Source: Micavibrio sp.
GTDB lineage: Bacteria; Pseudomonadota; Alphaproteobacteria; Micavibrionales; UBA2020
Assembly: GCA_040377425.1 (NCBI GenBank)
Contig: JBEIOU010000013.1
Coordinates: 7,919 to 71,918 of the forward strand
Direction: 5' to 3'
Length of the DNA: 64,000 nucleotides
Below the pieces are notes generated by a model. That model was given only the letters and a program-made list of their open reading frames with translations. It was not told the origin of the DNA and searched no databases. This document shows, piece after piece, positions 41,720 to 52,828 of the stretch. How positions within the stretch are numbered: position 1 is the first letter of the stretch; the number at the start of each line of letters is the position of its first letter. The translations under genes and the position numbers were made by a program.

Positions 41720-43978
41720 TTAATTTGTTTCTTTTGTCACGAAACTGTCCATGATTTTTTTGCGGCCTGCCTTGTCGAATTTTATGTCCAGTTTATCGCG
41801 GTCTGTCGATACAACCGTACCGGCGCCGAATTTCTGGTGAAACACGCGCTCGCCGGGCGCGAAGCCGCCTTCGGATTCCAGATGAGGGCTGATTTGCGAA
41901 ATCGAATTGTCGATTAAATCGGCGCGGCGGCCACGGAAGGATGGATTGCCGCCGCCATAACCGCCGCTGCCACCCCCATAACCGCTATTGCCGTATCCAC
42001 CGCCAAAGCCGCCACTTTGTGCGCCAAGGCCGGTTTCGACAATGGCTTCCACATGATCTTTGGGCAGCTCGTCAATAAAACGCGACGGCAGGCACGAAGT
42101 CCAGCTGCCGTAAATCACGCGGTTGGCGGCAAATGAAATGGTTGCCCGTTTGCGTGCGCGGGTGATACCGACATAGGCAAGGCGGCGTTCTTCTTCCAGT
42201 CCGGCCAGACCGTTTTCATCCATGGTGCGCTGGCTGGGGAAAACGCCTTCTTCCCAGCCAGGTAAAAACACGACGTCGAATTCAAGGCCTTTGGCGCTGT
42301 GCAGGGTCATGATCGACACCATGTCACCACTCGCCTGTTCCTGATTTTCCATGACCAGCGCAACGTGCTCAAGGAAGGTTTCCATGCTGTCAAATTCTTC
42401 AAGGGCAGCGACAAATTCTTTCAGGTTCTCCAATCGTCCGGACGCTTCGGGCGATTTGTCGGCTTGCCACATGCCGGTGTATCCGCTTTCGTCCAGAATA
42501 ATCCCCGCCAGTTCCGCCTGCGTCAATTCACGCAGCTGGTGGCGCCAGCGGTCAAAATCGGTGACCAGGGATGTCAGCGTTTGTTTGACCTTCGGTTTGA
42601 ACTCGTCCGTTTCAATCAGCCGGCGCACGGCGCCAAACAGCGAAATATTCTGCGCGCGGGCAAAACGGTGCAGTACCTGCATTGTCGCATCGCCAAGGCC
42701 CCGCTTGGGCAGGTTGATGATGCGCTGGAAAGCCAGATCATCGTCCGGCTGCACCGTCACGCGCATATAGGCAATCGCATCGCGGATTTCCTGACGTTCA
42801 TAAAAACGCAGCCCGCCGATAACGCGGTAAGGGATGCTTTCGCGTATAAAACGCTCTTCAAACTCGCGGGTTTGGAAACCGGCGCGCACCAGAATGGCGA
42901 TGTCGCGCAGCTTGACGCCTTTGCGCTGCAGGCTTTCGATATCCGATGCAGTACTTTGTGCTTCCTGTGCGCCGTCCCAGACGCCGCGCAGATGCACGGG
43001 TTCGCCATCTTCGTCTGCGCTCCAAAGTTCTTTGCCCAGCCGTCCGCGGTTGTGGGCAATCACGCCGTTTGCAGCGGATAGAATGTTTTTGGTCGAACGG
43101 TAATTCTGCTCCAGCCGCACAATGCTGGCACCGGGGAAGTCTTGTTCGAACTTCAAAATGTTGCCGATTTCCGCGCCGCGCCAGCCATAAATGGACTGGT
43201 CATCGTCACCGACGCAGCAGATGTTTTTATGTTTCTGCGCCAATAAACGCAGCCACATATATTGTGCGACGTTCGTGTCCTGATATTCATCGACAAGTAT
43301 ATATTTAAAACGTGACTGGTAATCCTCTAGCACGTCGGCGTTTTTGGCGTCACGCAGCATGGTCACGCAATGCATCAGCAAGTCGCCGAAATCGCAGGCA
43401 TTCAATATCAGCAAGCGCTGCTGGTACTGCTCGTATAATTTTTTCAGCTTGCCATCGGCCAACTCGCCCGCATCGGCGGCCGAAATCTGGTCGGGCGTTT
43501 GCGCGCGGTCTTTCCAGCGGGAAATGACGGACAGCAAAAGCCGCGGCGGACATTTTTTGGCATCGATGTTTTCCGCTTCAGCCAGCTGCTTGATCAGCCG
43601 CACCTGATCGTCGTCATCCAGAATGGTGAAATTGGTTTTCAGCCCCACACGCTCCGCATGGCGGCGCAGCATGCGTGCGCACAAGCTGTGGAACGTGCCC
43701 AGCCACCAGCCCTCCACGTGGCGGCCGCCCAGCATGGACGACACGCGGTGTTTCATTTCGGCCGCAGCTTTGTTGGTGAAGGTCACCGCCAGCACCTGCG
43801 CGGGGCCGGCGCGGCCGGTGGTCATCAGGTGGCCAAGGCGCGTCGTCAGTACGCGTGTTTTGCCCGTGCCGGCACCGGCCAGCACCAGAACAGGGCCATC
43901 CAGACTTTCGACGGCCTGCCGCTGGGCGGGGTTCAGGCTGTCAAGATATGAAAAACGGTCGCTCGCCGAGGGTAACAT
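41720..43978 (-). CDS. uvrD: ATP-dependent DNA helicase UvrD/PcrA family
   Basis: AGAGTGKT, VDEYQDTN, GDDDQSIYGWRGA, HSAKGLEF and YVGITRA motifs. The ATG at 43978 is preferred over the TTG at 43990. Confidence 0.9.
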   Translation of the reverse strand: MLPSASDRFSYLDSLNPAQRQAVESLDGPVLVLAGAGTGKTRVLTTRLGHLMTTGRAGPAQVLAVTFTNKAAAEMKHRVSSMLGGRHVEGWWLGTFHSLCARMLRRHAERVGLKTNFTILDDDDQVRLIKQLAEAENIDAKKCPPRLLLSVISRWKDRAQTPDQISAADAGELADGKLKKLYEQYQQRLLILNACDFGDLLMHCVTMLRDAKNADVLEDYQSRFKYILVDEYQDTNVAQYMWLRLLAQKHKNICCVGDDDQSIYGWRGAEIGNILKFEQDFPGASIVRLEQNYRSTKNILSAANGVIAHNRGRLGKELWSADEDGEPVHLRGVWDGAQEAQSTASDIESLQRKGVKLRDIAILVRAGFQTREFEERFIRESIPYRVIGGLRFYERQEIRDAIAYMRVTVQPDDDLAFQRIINLPKRGLGDATMQVLHRFARAQNISLFGAVRRLIETDEFKPKVKQTLTSLVTDFDRWRHQLRELTQAELAGIILDESGYTGMWQADKSPEASGRLENLKEFVAALEEFDSMETFLEHVALVMENQEQASGDMVSIMTLHSAKGLEFDVVFLPGWEEGVFPSQRTMDENGLAGLEEERRLAYVGITRARKRATISFAANRVIYGSWTSCLPSRFIDELPKDHVEAIVETGLGAQSGGFGGGYGNSGYGGGSGGYGGGNPSFRGRRADLIDNSISQISPHLESEGGFAPGERVFHQKFGAGTVVSTDRDKLDIKFDKAGRKKIMDSFVTKETN

Positions 43979-44206
43979 GGTGTGCTTCAAAAGTCGTTTT
44001 TTGGGTTTATGGGGGAACTCCGGACTCCGCCGGACGGTTTGACTGCGTGGATTCCCCTCTCTGTCTTCGTCTATAGCAGACGGGGGGGACGAAAATCTTT
44101 AAAAAAACGCCTGTTTTTCCAAAACGGCCTTGTAAGCTCGGGAACAGCAGGATAAATATGACGAACGCCCAAGTCGGGCTTTTTACATCCCATAGGAGTT
44201 AATATA

Positions 44207-44722
44207 ATGCGTGGTCGTACTATTCAAATCGTAAGCATGCTGGCCGTTGTGCTGATGCTCGGCGCTTGCGGCAAAAAAGATCAAGTTGGCGTTGCAGGTG
44301 ATGGCAGCCTGACGGCAGATGATCGCACCCAAGTTTCTCAAGACGTTAACCAAGGCGGCGTGACCCCCGGCAGCCAGCAGGATCTGGTTGTGAATGTGGG
44401 TGACCGCGTTTTCTTCGGCTACGATCAGTTTGACCTGACGGCTGAAGCACGCGCAACGGTTGAGCGTCAATCGCAGTGGCTGAAAACCCACCAGAACGTT
44501 AACGTGATCATCGAAGGTCATTGCGACGAGCGTGGCACGCGCGAATACAACCTGGCGCTGGGCGAAAAACGCGCAGCAGCTGTTCGTAACTACCTGATCG
44601 CCAACGGCATCACGCCGAACCGCGTTCAAACCATTTCGTATGGTAAAGAGCGTCCGGTTATCCTGGGTTCCGACAACACGTCCTGGGCGCAAAACCGCCG
44701 CGGCGTGATGGTCGTCCAGTAA
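44207..44722 (+). CDS. pal: Peptidoglycan-associated lipoprotein Pal (OmpA-like domain)
   Basis: Lipobox LGAC, then FGYDQFDL...EGHCDERGTREYNLALGEKRA. Confidence 0.92.
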   Translation: MRGRTIQIVSMLAVVLMLGACGKKDQVGVAGDGSLTADDRTQVSQDVNQGGVTPGSQQDLVVNVGDRVFFGYDQFDLTAEARATVERQSQWLKTHQNVNVIIEGHCDERGTREYNLALGEKRAAAVRNYLIANGITPNRVQTISYGKERPVILGSDNTSWAQNRRGVMVVQ

Positions 44723-44753
44723 TCCGAACGGCCTGAACGGAAAGGCGAAAGAC

Positions 44754-45749
44754 GTGGCACACGCAACGCGTCATCACGGTAAAGGCAATAAAACAGGGCT
44801 CCTGCTTGTCGCAGGGGCTCTGTTTGCCGTGTTTATGACGGCGGAAGCGACCGCCGGTTTTAGCCAAAGCGCCGATACGGGGCAGTTGATGAACCGTATC
44901 AGCCAGCTGGAAAACCAGATCCAGACCCTGAGCCGCGCAGTCTATCGCGGCAAAGATTTAAGCCCGGCTGACAAAGCCGCACTCTCCGCCGGTGGCGCCG
45001 CCGATACGGCCGCCATGGCCAACCTTGATACGCGCCTCAACCAGCTGGAAAACCAGCAGCGTTCGCTGATCGGCCAGCTGGAGCGCATGAATCATGATGT
45101 CCAGCAGATCAAAACACGCCTTGATCGTTTGCAAACCGACAACGACCAGCGTTTCCAGCAACTGGAACGCGGCGGTGCATCGGGCGCAGCAGCAGGCAGT
45201 GCCGCGGCGGGTGCGGCGCCTGCGACCGATACGACATTATATGCGCAGGATGTTACGCAGCAGGTATCTGGCGGCGATGCCCGTACCAGCGGTAACAGCG
45301 GTGCGCGTAATCTGGGCACGCTGTCGGCGGGCGGTGCTGCCAGCGGCGGTTCGCGCGCCAGCGATCCGGCAAATATTTTATATGATCAGGCTTTCAGCGA
45401 TATCCGCGAAGCGAAATACGATCAGGCCGAAGACAAATTCAAACGTTTTATGGCCATGTATCCCAGCCATACGCTAGCGGCAAATGCACAATATTGGCTG
45501 GCCGAAACCTATTACGTGCGCGGCGATTACCAGCAGGCGGCACGTATGTTCGCGCAGGGCTATCAAACCTATCCCAAGGGCGCCAAGGCACCCGACAGCT
45601 TGCTCAAACTGGGTTTGTCGCTGGCGCAAATCGGCAAAAAAGAAGACGCTTGCCTGTCTTTCGCGCAGCTGAAAAAAGAATATCCGGGTGACCAAAGTCC
45701 CGCTATACGCCGCGCCGATCAGGAATCGAAACGCCTCGGTTGCAAATAA
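44754..45749 (+). CDS. cpoB: Tol-Pal system protein CpoB/YbgF
   Basis: It has a signal sequence, a coiled-coil region and C-terminal TPR repeats (AQYWLAETYYVRGDYQQAARMF). The start codon is GTG. Confidence 0.85.
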   Translation: MAHATRHHGKGNKTGLLLVAGALFAVFMTAEATAGFSQSADTGQLMNRISQLENQIQTLSRAVYRGKDLSPADKAALSAGGAADTAAMANLDTRLNQLENQQRSLIGQLERMNHDVQQIKTRLDRLQTDNDQRFQQLERGGASGAAAGSAAAGAAPATDTTLYAQDVTQQVSGGDARTSGNSGARNLGTLSAGGAASGGSRASDPANILYDQAFSDIREAKYDQAEDKFKRFMAMYPSHTLAANAQYWLAETYYVRGDYQQAARMFAQGYQTYPKGAKAPDSLLKLGLSLAQIGKKEDACLSFAQLKKEYPGDQSPAIRRADQESKRLGCK

Positions 45750-45761
45750 GCCGCGCCGCGC

Positions 45762-47144
45762 ATGACGCCCCTTAAAAATTTTTCTCCCCCTGCGGCTTCC
45801 GGTATGGATGCGCAAATCAAAGCCTTTGATGCGGCTTTGGCGGCGTGCGGTCTTGCCGATGCCGATGCGCTGGCGCTTGCGGTATCGGGCGGTGGCGATA
45901 GCATCGCGATGGCGGTCTTGGCCGCCCGCGTGCTGCTGCCGCGCGGCGTACGCCTGAAAGCCTATACGGTCGACCATGGCCTGCGTGCAGAATCCCGCAG
46001 CGAAGCCGTCGAGACAGGTGCGCGTCTGGCGGCGCTGGGCATCGCGCACGACATTCTGACATGGGGGGGCGACAAGCCGCAAACCCACGTGCAGGAACGT
46101 GCCCGCGATGCGCGTTATGCGCTGCTGTCCGCCGCGTGTCGCCGCGACGGTTTTCCCACCCTGCTGACCGCCCATCAGGCCGAAGACCAGATGGAAACAT
46201 TCTGGATGCGTCTTTCGCATGGCAGCGGGTTGGATGGTCTGGCCGCCATACCCCCGCGCCGCGTGATGCCCTGCGGCATTGTGATTGCGCGGCCGCTGCT
46301 GGGTTTTGAGCGTGCCGCTTTGCGCCAGATTTGCCGTGCGGCGGGTGTGACATGGGCCGAAGACCCGTCAAACCATCATGCGAAATATTTACGTCCACGC
46401 CTGCGCGCGTTCGAAGATCTGCTGGCGGCCGAAGGTCTGACGCCTCAGCGCCTTGCGCAGGTTTTGCAAAAGCTGGATGATTCACGGGCCGCGCTGGAAT
46501 ACGCCGCCGCCGAAAAATTTGCAGCCGTGGCGCATTTGTACCCTGAAGGCTACGCCATGATTGATGCCGCTGCGCTGTGTGCACTGCCGGATGATCTGGC
46601 GCGGCGTGTGCTGTCGCGTGTTTTATCGTCTGTTGCGCCAGCAGATTATCCGCCGGGATTTGATAGCGTTTCCGCGCTGCTCGCCGATATGCGGGCAGGG
46701 GGTTTTACAGGGCGTACGGCGTATGGATGCGATCTTTCGCCGCTGGCGGATGCACGCATTCTGGTGGTGCGTGAATACGCCGCAGTGACGCCGCAAACCT
46801 TGCCGCATGCGGGCGATATTGTCTGGGATGGGCGTTTCAGGATTTCGGGTGTTCCATCCGCATTAGCCGAATCCCTGATGCTGGCCCCGCTTGGGACGGC
46901 AGGTGTGGCGGCGTTAAGGAAACACGCGGGCGGCGATAAAAATATTCTTGCCGCGCTGGAGGGCTTGCCGGGCAAGGTGCGGGCGGTGCTACCGGCGCTC
47001 TGGTCGGGTGAAAATCTCGTGTCTGTTCCGCATCTTAGCTGGTGCAGCGGCACGTACGGTGCCGATTTGGCGCAGGTAGAGGTGCAGTTTCTGCCAGCGC
47101 AGGCAGAACACATCCGCGCGGACGATTGTTTCGCAGGCACCTAA
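45762..47144 (+). CDS. tilS: tRNA(Ile)-lysidine synthase
   Basis: The PP-loop SGGGDS lies in LALAVSGGGDSIAM. It sits upstream of ftsH. Confidence 0.88.
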   Translation: MTPLKNFSPPAASGMDAQIKAFDAALAACGLADADALALAVSGGGDSIAMAVLAARVLLPRGVRLKAYTVDHGLRAESRSEAVETGARLAALGIAHDILTWGGDKPQTHVQERARDARYALLSAACRRDGFPTLLTAHQAEDQMETFWMRLSHGSGLDGLAAIPPRRVMPCGIVIARPLLGFERAALRQICRAAGVTWAEDPSNHHAKYLRPRLRAFEDLLAAEGLTPQRLAQVLQKLDDSRAALEYAAAEKFAAVAHLYPEGYAMIDAAALCALPDDLARRVLSRVLSSVAPADYPPGFDSVSALLADMRAGGFTGRTAYGCDLSPLADARILVVREYAAVTPQTLPHAGDIVWDGRFRISGVPSALAESLMLAPLGTAGVAALRKHAGGDKNILAALEGLPGKVRAVLPALWSGENLVSVPHLSWCSGTYGADLAQVEVQFLPAQAEHIRADDCFAGT

Positions 47145-47195
47145 GGCTATATAATTGAAAGAGTAACTATATTTTCCCAAAGAATAGAGGCGGGC

Positions 47196-49160
47196 ATGAG
47201 AGATCAAAACGACAACAACGAGCAGGACAACAACCCCAATCCCATGGGGCGCAACCTGATTGTGTGGATGGTGATCTTGCTGATGCTGGTCGCCGTATTC
47301 AATATGTTCAACCGCGACCCGCAAGGCATGGCTGGTTTGAAGTCGATGCCCTACAGTGATTTCATCACGCAGGTCGACAACAAACAAATCGAAAGCGTCA
47401 CCATTGCGGGCTCGTTGATGGAAGTGCGCAAAACGGGCGGCGAGAAATTCGGCGTCATCATTCCCCAAAACACCGATGTGGTCAGCCGTATCGAGGGCAA
47501 GGGGGTCGTGATCGAGGCGAAGCCGGATACCAGCGGCTCGCCCACGCTGTTTAGTATTCTGCTGTCGTGGTTCCCGATGCTGCTGTTGATCGGTGTGTGG
47601 ATTTTCTTTATGCGCCAGATGCAGGGCAGCGGCAACAAAGCCATGGGCTTTGGCAAATCCAAAGCAAAGCTGCTGAACGAGAAAAACGGCCGCGTGATGT
47701 TCGCCGACGTTGCGGGCGTTGAAGAAGCCAAGGAGGAACTGGAAGAAGTCGTCGAATTCCTGAAAGATCCGCAGAAATTCCAGCGTCTGGGCGGTAAAAT
47801 TCCGAAAGGCGTTTTGCTGGTCGGTCCGCCGGGTACAGGTAAAACCCTGATTGCGCGTGCGGTTGCGGGCGAAGCAGGCGTGCCGTTCTTTACCATTTCG
47901 GGTTCTGACTTCGTTGAAATGTTTGTGGGTGTTGGCGCCAGCCGCGTGCGCGACATGTTCGAACAGGGCAAGAAAAATGCGCCCTGCATTATCTTTATTG
48001 ACGAGATCGACGCTGTCGGTCGCCATCGCGGCGCCGGTCATGGCGGCGGTAACGATGAACGCGAACAAACCCTCAACCAGATGCTGGTCGAGATGGACGG
48101 TTTCGAAGCGAACGAGGGCGTAATTCTGATCGCCGCGACCAACCGTCCTGACGTGCTGGACCCTGCGCTGCTGCGTCCCGGCCGTTTCGACCGTCAGGTT
48201 GTCGTGCCCAACCCCGATGTGGGCGGCCGCGAAAAAATTCTCAAGGTTCACATGCGCAAAGTGCCGCTGGGCCCCGATGTGGATGCGCGCGTGATTGCAC
48301 GTGGCACCCCCGGTTTTTCGGGTGCCGATCTGGCGAACCTGGTGAACGAAGCCGCGCTGCTGGCCGCCCGCAGATCCAAGCGCGTGGTAAGCATGGCCGA
48401 ACTGGAAGACGCCAAAGACAAAGTCATGATGGGTGCGGAGCGCCGGTCTATGGTGATGTCCGATGCGGAGAAAAAACTGACGGCCTATCACGAAGCCGGC
48501 CACGCGATTGTGGCCATTCATGAACCGTCGTCTGACCCCATCCACAAAGCAACCATTATTCCGCGCGGACGTGCGCTGGGTATGGTTATGCGCCTGCCCG
48601 AAGGCGACCGCCTGTCGATTTCCAAGGAAAAGCTGCATGCCGATCTGGCTGTCGCCATGGGTGGCCGTATTGCCGAAGAGCTGATTTTCGGCGCCGAAAA
48701 AGTCACGACCGGCGCGTCGTCTGACATCAAAATGGCGACCAGCATGGCGCGCCGCATGGTGACCGAATGGGGCATGAGCCACGAGATGGGCCCCATCCAC
48801 TATAGCAACGACCGCGATGAATTGTTCCTCGGCCATAGCGTCGGCGGACCGCAGAGCATTTCCGGATCCACCGCTGCCAAGGTGGATGCCGAAGTGAAAC
48901 GCATCGTCGAAGATGCCTATGTCAGCGCCAAAAAAACGCTGACGGACAACCTGCACGAACTGCATGCGCTTGCCAAAGCACTCCTGGAATATGAAACGCT
49001 GAATGGCGAAGAAATTCCGAAAGTGATCAAAGGCGATCCGCTCAACCGCACGACGCCGGAAGAAGAAGCCGAAGAGCGCCGCAAACGCGCGAAATCAGGC
49101 TCCGTCCCGACGGCGGGGGGCATCGACCTCGGAGCGCCCGATCCGGCGCCGCAGGCGTAA
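47196..49160 (+). CDS. ftsH: ATP-dependent zinc metalloprotease FtsH
   Basis: GPPGTGKT, the second region of homology and the HEAGH zinc motif. Confidence 0.95.
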   Translation: MRDQNDNNEQDNNPNPMGRNLIVWMVILLMLVAVFNMFNRDPQGMAGLKSMPYSDFITQVDNKQIESVTIAGSLMEVRKTGGEKFGVIIPQNTDVVSRIEGKGVVIEAKPDTSGSPTLFSILLSWFPMLLLIGVWIFFMRQMQGSGNKAMGFGKSKAKLLNEKNGRVMFADVAGVEEAKEELEEVVEFLKDPQKFQRLGGKIPKGVLLVGPPGTGKTLIARAVAGEAGVPFFTISGSDFVEMFVGVGASRVRDMFEQGKKNAPCIIFIDEIDAVGRHRGAGHGGGNDEREQTLNQMLVEMDGFEANEGVILIAATNRPDVLDPALLRPGRFDRQVVVPNPDVGGREKILKVHMRKVPLGPDVDARVIARGTPGFSGADLANLVNEAALLAARRSKRVVSMAELEDAKDKVMMGAERRSMVMSDAEKKLTAYHEAGHAIVAIHEPSSDPIHKATIIPRGRALGMVMRLPEGDRLSISKEKLHADLAVAMGGRIAEELIFGAEKVTTGASSDIKMATSMARRMVTEWGMSHEMGPIHYSNDRDELFLGHSVGGPQSISGSTAAKVDAEVKRIVEDAYVSAKKTLTDNLHELHALAKALLEYETLNGEEIPKVIKGDPLNRTTPEEEAEERRKRAKSGSVPTAGGIDLGAPDPAPQA

Positions 49161-49180
49161 ACCCCGCTTGATCTGCAAAA

Positions 49181-49209
49181 AAGCCGCCCGCATATGGGCG
49201 GCTTTTTTT
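49181..49209 (+). terminator. Rho-independent terminator after ftsH
   Basis: Stem AAGCCGCCC / GGGCGGCTT followed by a T7 run. Confidence 0.85.
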
Positions 49210-49395
49210 GTGCTCATGTTGCGCTGCGGTTTTGTTAAGCGATTGTTTTAAATGGGTTGTTGGCGTGGGTGGTCGCCGCCTGCAGAATTGACAGGCGGGG
49301 CATGCGCCCCCTATGATCGGCCTGTTTCAAAATGGGTACTCATTCAAAAGGATTGCAGCCGTGACAACGCCTGCCCGCCAGAAAGCCGCCTGAGC

Positions 49396-50277
49396 ATGGT
49401 ATGGTTCGCCGCCAGCCGTATTGCCGAGGCCATCCGCGAAGATCGTATCGACGATCTGCGTCATCTGTTGGTGACGAAAAAAGCCAACCCCAATGCCTGC
49501 GAAGAATACGGCCGTACGCCGATGGAGCTGGCGGTGCGCAAAGGCAGTGCAGCGGCGCTGCAACTGCTGATCGCTGCGGGCGCGGATACCCAGATGAATT
49601 ACGAAGACGGCACACTGTTGCATGTGGCGGCGGCACGCGGGCATATGGCCGTGGCCGATCTGCTGGCCAAGACCTATCCGTATATGATATCTGCCGAAGA
49701 CGACCACCGGAATACACCGCTGCATACCGCCGCGCATGCGGGTTATGCGGAAATGGTGACGTTTTTAATTGATAACGGCGCGAACCCTGCGCTGAAGAAC
49801 AAAGAAAACCGCACGCCGCTGTATCTGGCACAAAAACAATCGCACCCTGATGTAATCGAAATTCTGCAAGCTTACCATGATGCAAATCCGCTGCCTAAAC
49901 CCGCCATGCCGCGCCAGATCGAAGCGGCGCGTGCGGCAGAACCGCGGCAAATAGAAGCTGCGGTGCACGAGGATGAGGGCTGGCGCAAGCTGGCCGATGA
50001 CCGCATCGCGCATGTGACGGTCGAAACGCCGATCGGGTATAAAATTACCGAGGTTTTTAATTTCGCCGCCCGCGAACGCACGCGCATTTATCACAACCTC
50101 GAAACGCGTCTTGATTCTGCCCAGACGCAGGGGTTTGATGAAATTGCCGAAAAAGCGCCCATCGAAGATGCCCTGACGCGTCTGCGCGCACTGGGCGGCA
50201 CGGCAGAGGAGGGGGTCATCCATGCCCGCCCACTGGGCAAGCCCAGCCGTCCGCGCGGGCCGGACAGCGCCGGATAA
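49396..50277 (+). CDS. Ankyrin-repeat protein with a non-ankyrin C-terminal domain
   Basis: GRTPMELAVRKGSAAALQLLIAAGAD, TLLHVAAARGHMAVADLL, TPLHTAAHAGYAEMVTFLIDNGANP. The start is at MVWFAA. Confidence 0.75.
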   Translation: MVWFAASRIAEAIREDRIDDLRHLLVTKKANPNACEEYGRTPMELAVRKGSAAALQLLIAAGADTQMNYEDGTLLHVAAARGHMAVADLLAKTYPYMISAEDDHRNTPLHTAAHAGYAEMVTFLIDNGANPALKNKENRTPLYLAQKQSHPDVIEILQAYHDANPLPKPAMPRQIEAARAAEPRQIEAAVHEDEGWRKLADDRIAHVTVETPIGYKITEVFNFAARERTRIYHNLETRLDSAQTQGFDEIAEKAPIEDALTRLRALGGTAEEGVIHARPLGKPSRPRGPDSAG

Positions 50278-50440
50278 CCCCGAATCCACGCCAAAACGTA
50301 ACAAAACGTCATACAAAGTGAACGGTATAAATACCCAAAATGCCGCGAAACCCTGCGCAGGGCATAGACGTTTGCGCGGCGGGCGGTTAGGTTATGAACA
50401 CGCCCTCCCCGGGTTTGAATAGGCAAAAGGACAACAGATC

Positions 50441-51805
50441 ATGACGCGTAAACTTTTCGGCACAGACGGCATCCGCGGCAAAGCGAATACCGGCGCCATC
50501 ACCGCAGAAATGGCATTGAAGGTGGCCATGGCGGCCGCGCAGGTGCTGGCACGCGGTACCCACCGCCGCAAGGTCGTGATCGGCAAAGACACCCGCCTGT
50601 CAGGGTATATGTTGGAGCCTGCGATGCAGGCGGGTTTCGTATCCATGGGGCTGGATGTCGTACTGGTCGGCCCGATGCCGACGCCGGCGGTGGCGATGCT
50701 GACGCGTTCGTTGCGCGCTGATCTGGGCGTTGTGATTTCGGCGTCGCATAACCTGTATGAAGATAACGGTATTAAACTGTTCGGCGCGAACGGATACAAA
50801 CTGACCGATGAAACCGAGGCCGAGATCGAAGCCCTGCTGGCAACCGACCTGTCGACACGTCTGGCGCCTGCGCCCAAACTGGGCCGCGCCGCGCGTCTGG
50901 AAGATGCCAGCGGACGTTACATCGAATACGTCAAAAATACGTTTCCCAAGGGTTTGCGTCTGGATGGCCTGAAAATCGTGGTCGATTGCGCGAATGGTGC
51001 GGCGTATAAAGTTGCCCCGCGCATTCTGTACGAACTGGGCGCCGATGTTGTGCCGATTGGCGTGGCGCCCGATGGTACCAACATCAACAAACATTGCGGC
51101 GCGACTGCGCCCGATTTGCTGTGCGAACATGTCGTGAAGCATGGCGCCAATCTGGGCATTGCGCTGGATGGTGACGCGGATCGCCTGATTTTGTGTGACG
51201 AGCATGGCCATGTGGTCGATGGCGACCAGATCATGGCGTTGATCGCAACCGCCATGCATGCCCGCGGTGAACTGGAAGGCGGCGGCGTGGTGGCGACGGT
51301 CATGTCCAACCTCGGCCTTGAACGCCATCTGAAAGCAAAAGGTTTGGAATTATTCCGCACGCCTGTCGGTGACCGTTATGTGGTTGATTATATGCGCACC
51401 GGCGGCTGCAATATTGGCGGCGAACAATCCGGCCATATTATTCTGGGCGATTATTCAACGACGGGCGATGGTCTGATTGCCGCGCTGCAGGTGCTGGCGG
51501 TTATTCGCGGGGCGGGGCGTCCGGTCAGCGAAATTTGCCGCGTATTTACGCCTGTGCCGCAATTGCTGCAAAACGTGCGTACCCAAAGCCCTGTGGCGCT
51601 GGACGTTCCCGCGATGCGCGAGGCGATCAAGGCGGCCGAAGCGAAGCTGGGCGATAGCGGCCGTATTCTTATTCGTAAATCCGGCACCGAACCGCTGGTG
51701 CGCGTGATGGCCGAGGGCGATGATGCCGCGCTGGTGAAATCGGTTGTGCAAGATCTGTGTGCGACTGTCGAACAACTGGATACCCCCGCTGCGAAAGCCG
51801 TTTGA
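50441..51805 (+). CDS. glmM: Phosphoglucosamine mutase
   Basis: FGTDGIRG, active-site SASHN and GEQSGH motifs. Confidence 0.93.
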   Translation: MTRKLFGTDGIRGKANTGAITAEMALKVAMAAAQVLARGTHRRKVVIGKDTRLSGYMLEPAMQAGFVSMGLDVVLVGPMPTPAVAMLTRSLRADLGVVISASHNLYEDNGIKLFGANGYKLTDETEAEIEALLATDLSTRLAPAPKLGRAARLEDASGRYIEYVKNTFPKGLRLDGLKIVVDCANGAAYKVAPRILYELGADVVPIGVAPDGTNINKHCGATAPDLLCEHVVKHGANLGIALDGDADRLILCDEHGHVVDGDQIMALIATAMHARGELEGGGVVATVMSNLGLERHLKAKGLELFRTPVGDRYVVDYMRTGGCNIGGEQSGHIILGDYSTTGDGLIAALQVLAVIRGAGRPVSEICRVFTPVPQLLQNVRTQSPVALDVPAMREAIKAAEAKLGDSGRILIRKSGTEPLVRVMAEGDDAALVKSVVQDLCATVEQLDTPAAKAV

Positions 51806-52564
51806 ATGAAAATCCATTTCTACGCCGCCGATACCAAGGGTGCGCAGGCCGCATACAGCGAATTATCTGCTGTCTATGGCGATCATGCGATGGCTGACGC
51901 CGATGTGTGCGTCGCGCTGGGCGGGGATGGATCGATGCTGCGTGCGCTGCACGAAAGCATGCAGCATGGCAAACCCGTATTTGGCATGAACCGCGGATCG
52001 GTCGGCTTTTTGCTGAACGAATACCGCGCCGAAGGCTTGAGCGAGCGTCTGGCCGCGGCGCAAAGCGTGACGCTAAAACCGCTGCGCATGGCCGTGACGA
52101 CGCTGGATGGCAAACGTCAGGAAGCCTTGGCAGTCAACGAAGTATCGCTTTTGCGCGAAACGCGGCAAGCGGCGAAGCTCAGCATTCACATCGACGATAT
52201 CCTGCGGTTGAACGAACTCATTTGCGATGGCGTGATCGTGGCGACGCCCGCAGGTTCCACCGCCTATAATCTCTCCGCCCATGGCCCCATCATTCCACTG
52301 GAGGCGGGGATACTGGCGTTGACGCCCATTTCCGCCTTCCGTCCGCGCCGGTGGCGCGGGGCGCTGCTGCCGCAAAAAAGCCGTTTGACGTTTACGGTGC
52401 AAGACCCCGAAAACCGCCCTGTCAGCGCGGTTGCCGACTTCACCGAATTCCGCGATGTGGTCAAGGTCGAGGTCTGGAAAGACCAAACCGCATCCATCAA
52501 CCTGTTGTTCGACCCCGAAATGAACCTGGATGAGCGGATGATCAAAGAACAATTCATGCCGTGA
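51806..52564 (+). CDS. nadK: NAD kinase
   Basis: GGDGSMLRA motif and the [17 protein letters not shown] segment. Confidence 0.9.
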   Translation: MKIHFYAADTKGAQAAYSELSAVYGDHAMADADVCVALGGDGSMLRALHESMQHGKPVFGMNRGSVGFLLNEYRAEGLSERLAAAQSVTLKPLRMAVTTLDGKRQEALAVNEVSLLRETRQAAKLSIHIDDILRLNELICDGVIVATPAGSTAYNLSAHGPIIPLEAGILALTPISAFRPRRWRGALLPQKSRLTFTVQDPENRPVSAVADFTEFRDVVKVEVWKDQTASINLLFDPEMNLDERMIKEQFMP

Positions 52565-52628
52565 CGCGCCGCCGCATGTGCTAAGTCCTTTATAAATCAC
52601 ATGGTTTTCGATTTTTCATACGAAGCGC

Positions 52629-52658
52629 TTGACAGAATCAACGCGCGCGCCGTATTGT
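52629..52658 (+). promoter_or_regulatory. Candidate promoter, copy 1 of the TTGACAGAATCA element
   Basis: TTGACA (52629-52634), an 18-nt spacer, then TATTGT (52653-52658). The 12-mer TTGACAGAATCA is repeated at 54325. Confidence 0.4.
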
Positions 52659-52668
52659 CATTACCATC

Positions 52669-52728
52669 ATGACAAACGCAAAACACATCGCTGTTTTCTT
52701 TTTTAGCTACGCTTATTTTGGCGCCTAG
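52669..52728 (+). CDS. Mini-ORF (19 codons) MTNAKHIAVFFFSYAYFGA, putative and near-leaderless
   Basis: The ATG lies about 11 nt after the putative -10. It is the positional counterpart of the mini-ORF at 54362. There is no SD sequence. Confidence 0.2.
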   Translation: MTNAKHIAVFFFSYAYFGA

Positions 52729-52828
52729 TCGCCATTGTCATTTTTACAGCCGTATGCGCTGCCACCCTCAGTACCCCATCACGACAATAGCACCCTAAGG
52801 TAAAAAGCCTGGGCGAAGGAATACAGTC

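Noticed and set aside
43979-44206. pal-cpoB not preceded by tolQRAB (uvrD is divergent instead)
   Set aside because: This is a synteny variation only. The 216-bp gap shows no ORF or convincing RNA structure.
46989-48965. 658-aa ORF on the minus strand
   Set aside because: It is antisense to ftsH, a shadow ORF with no motifs.
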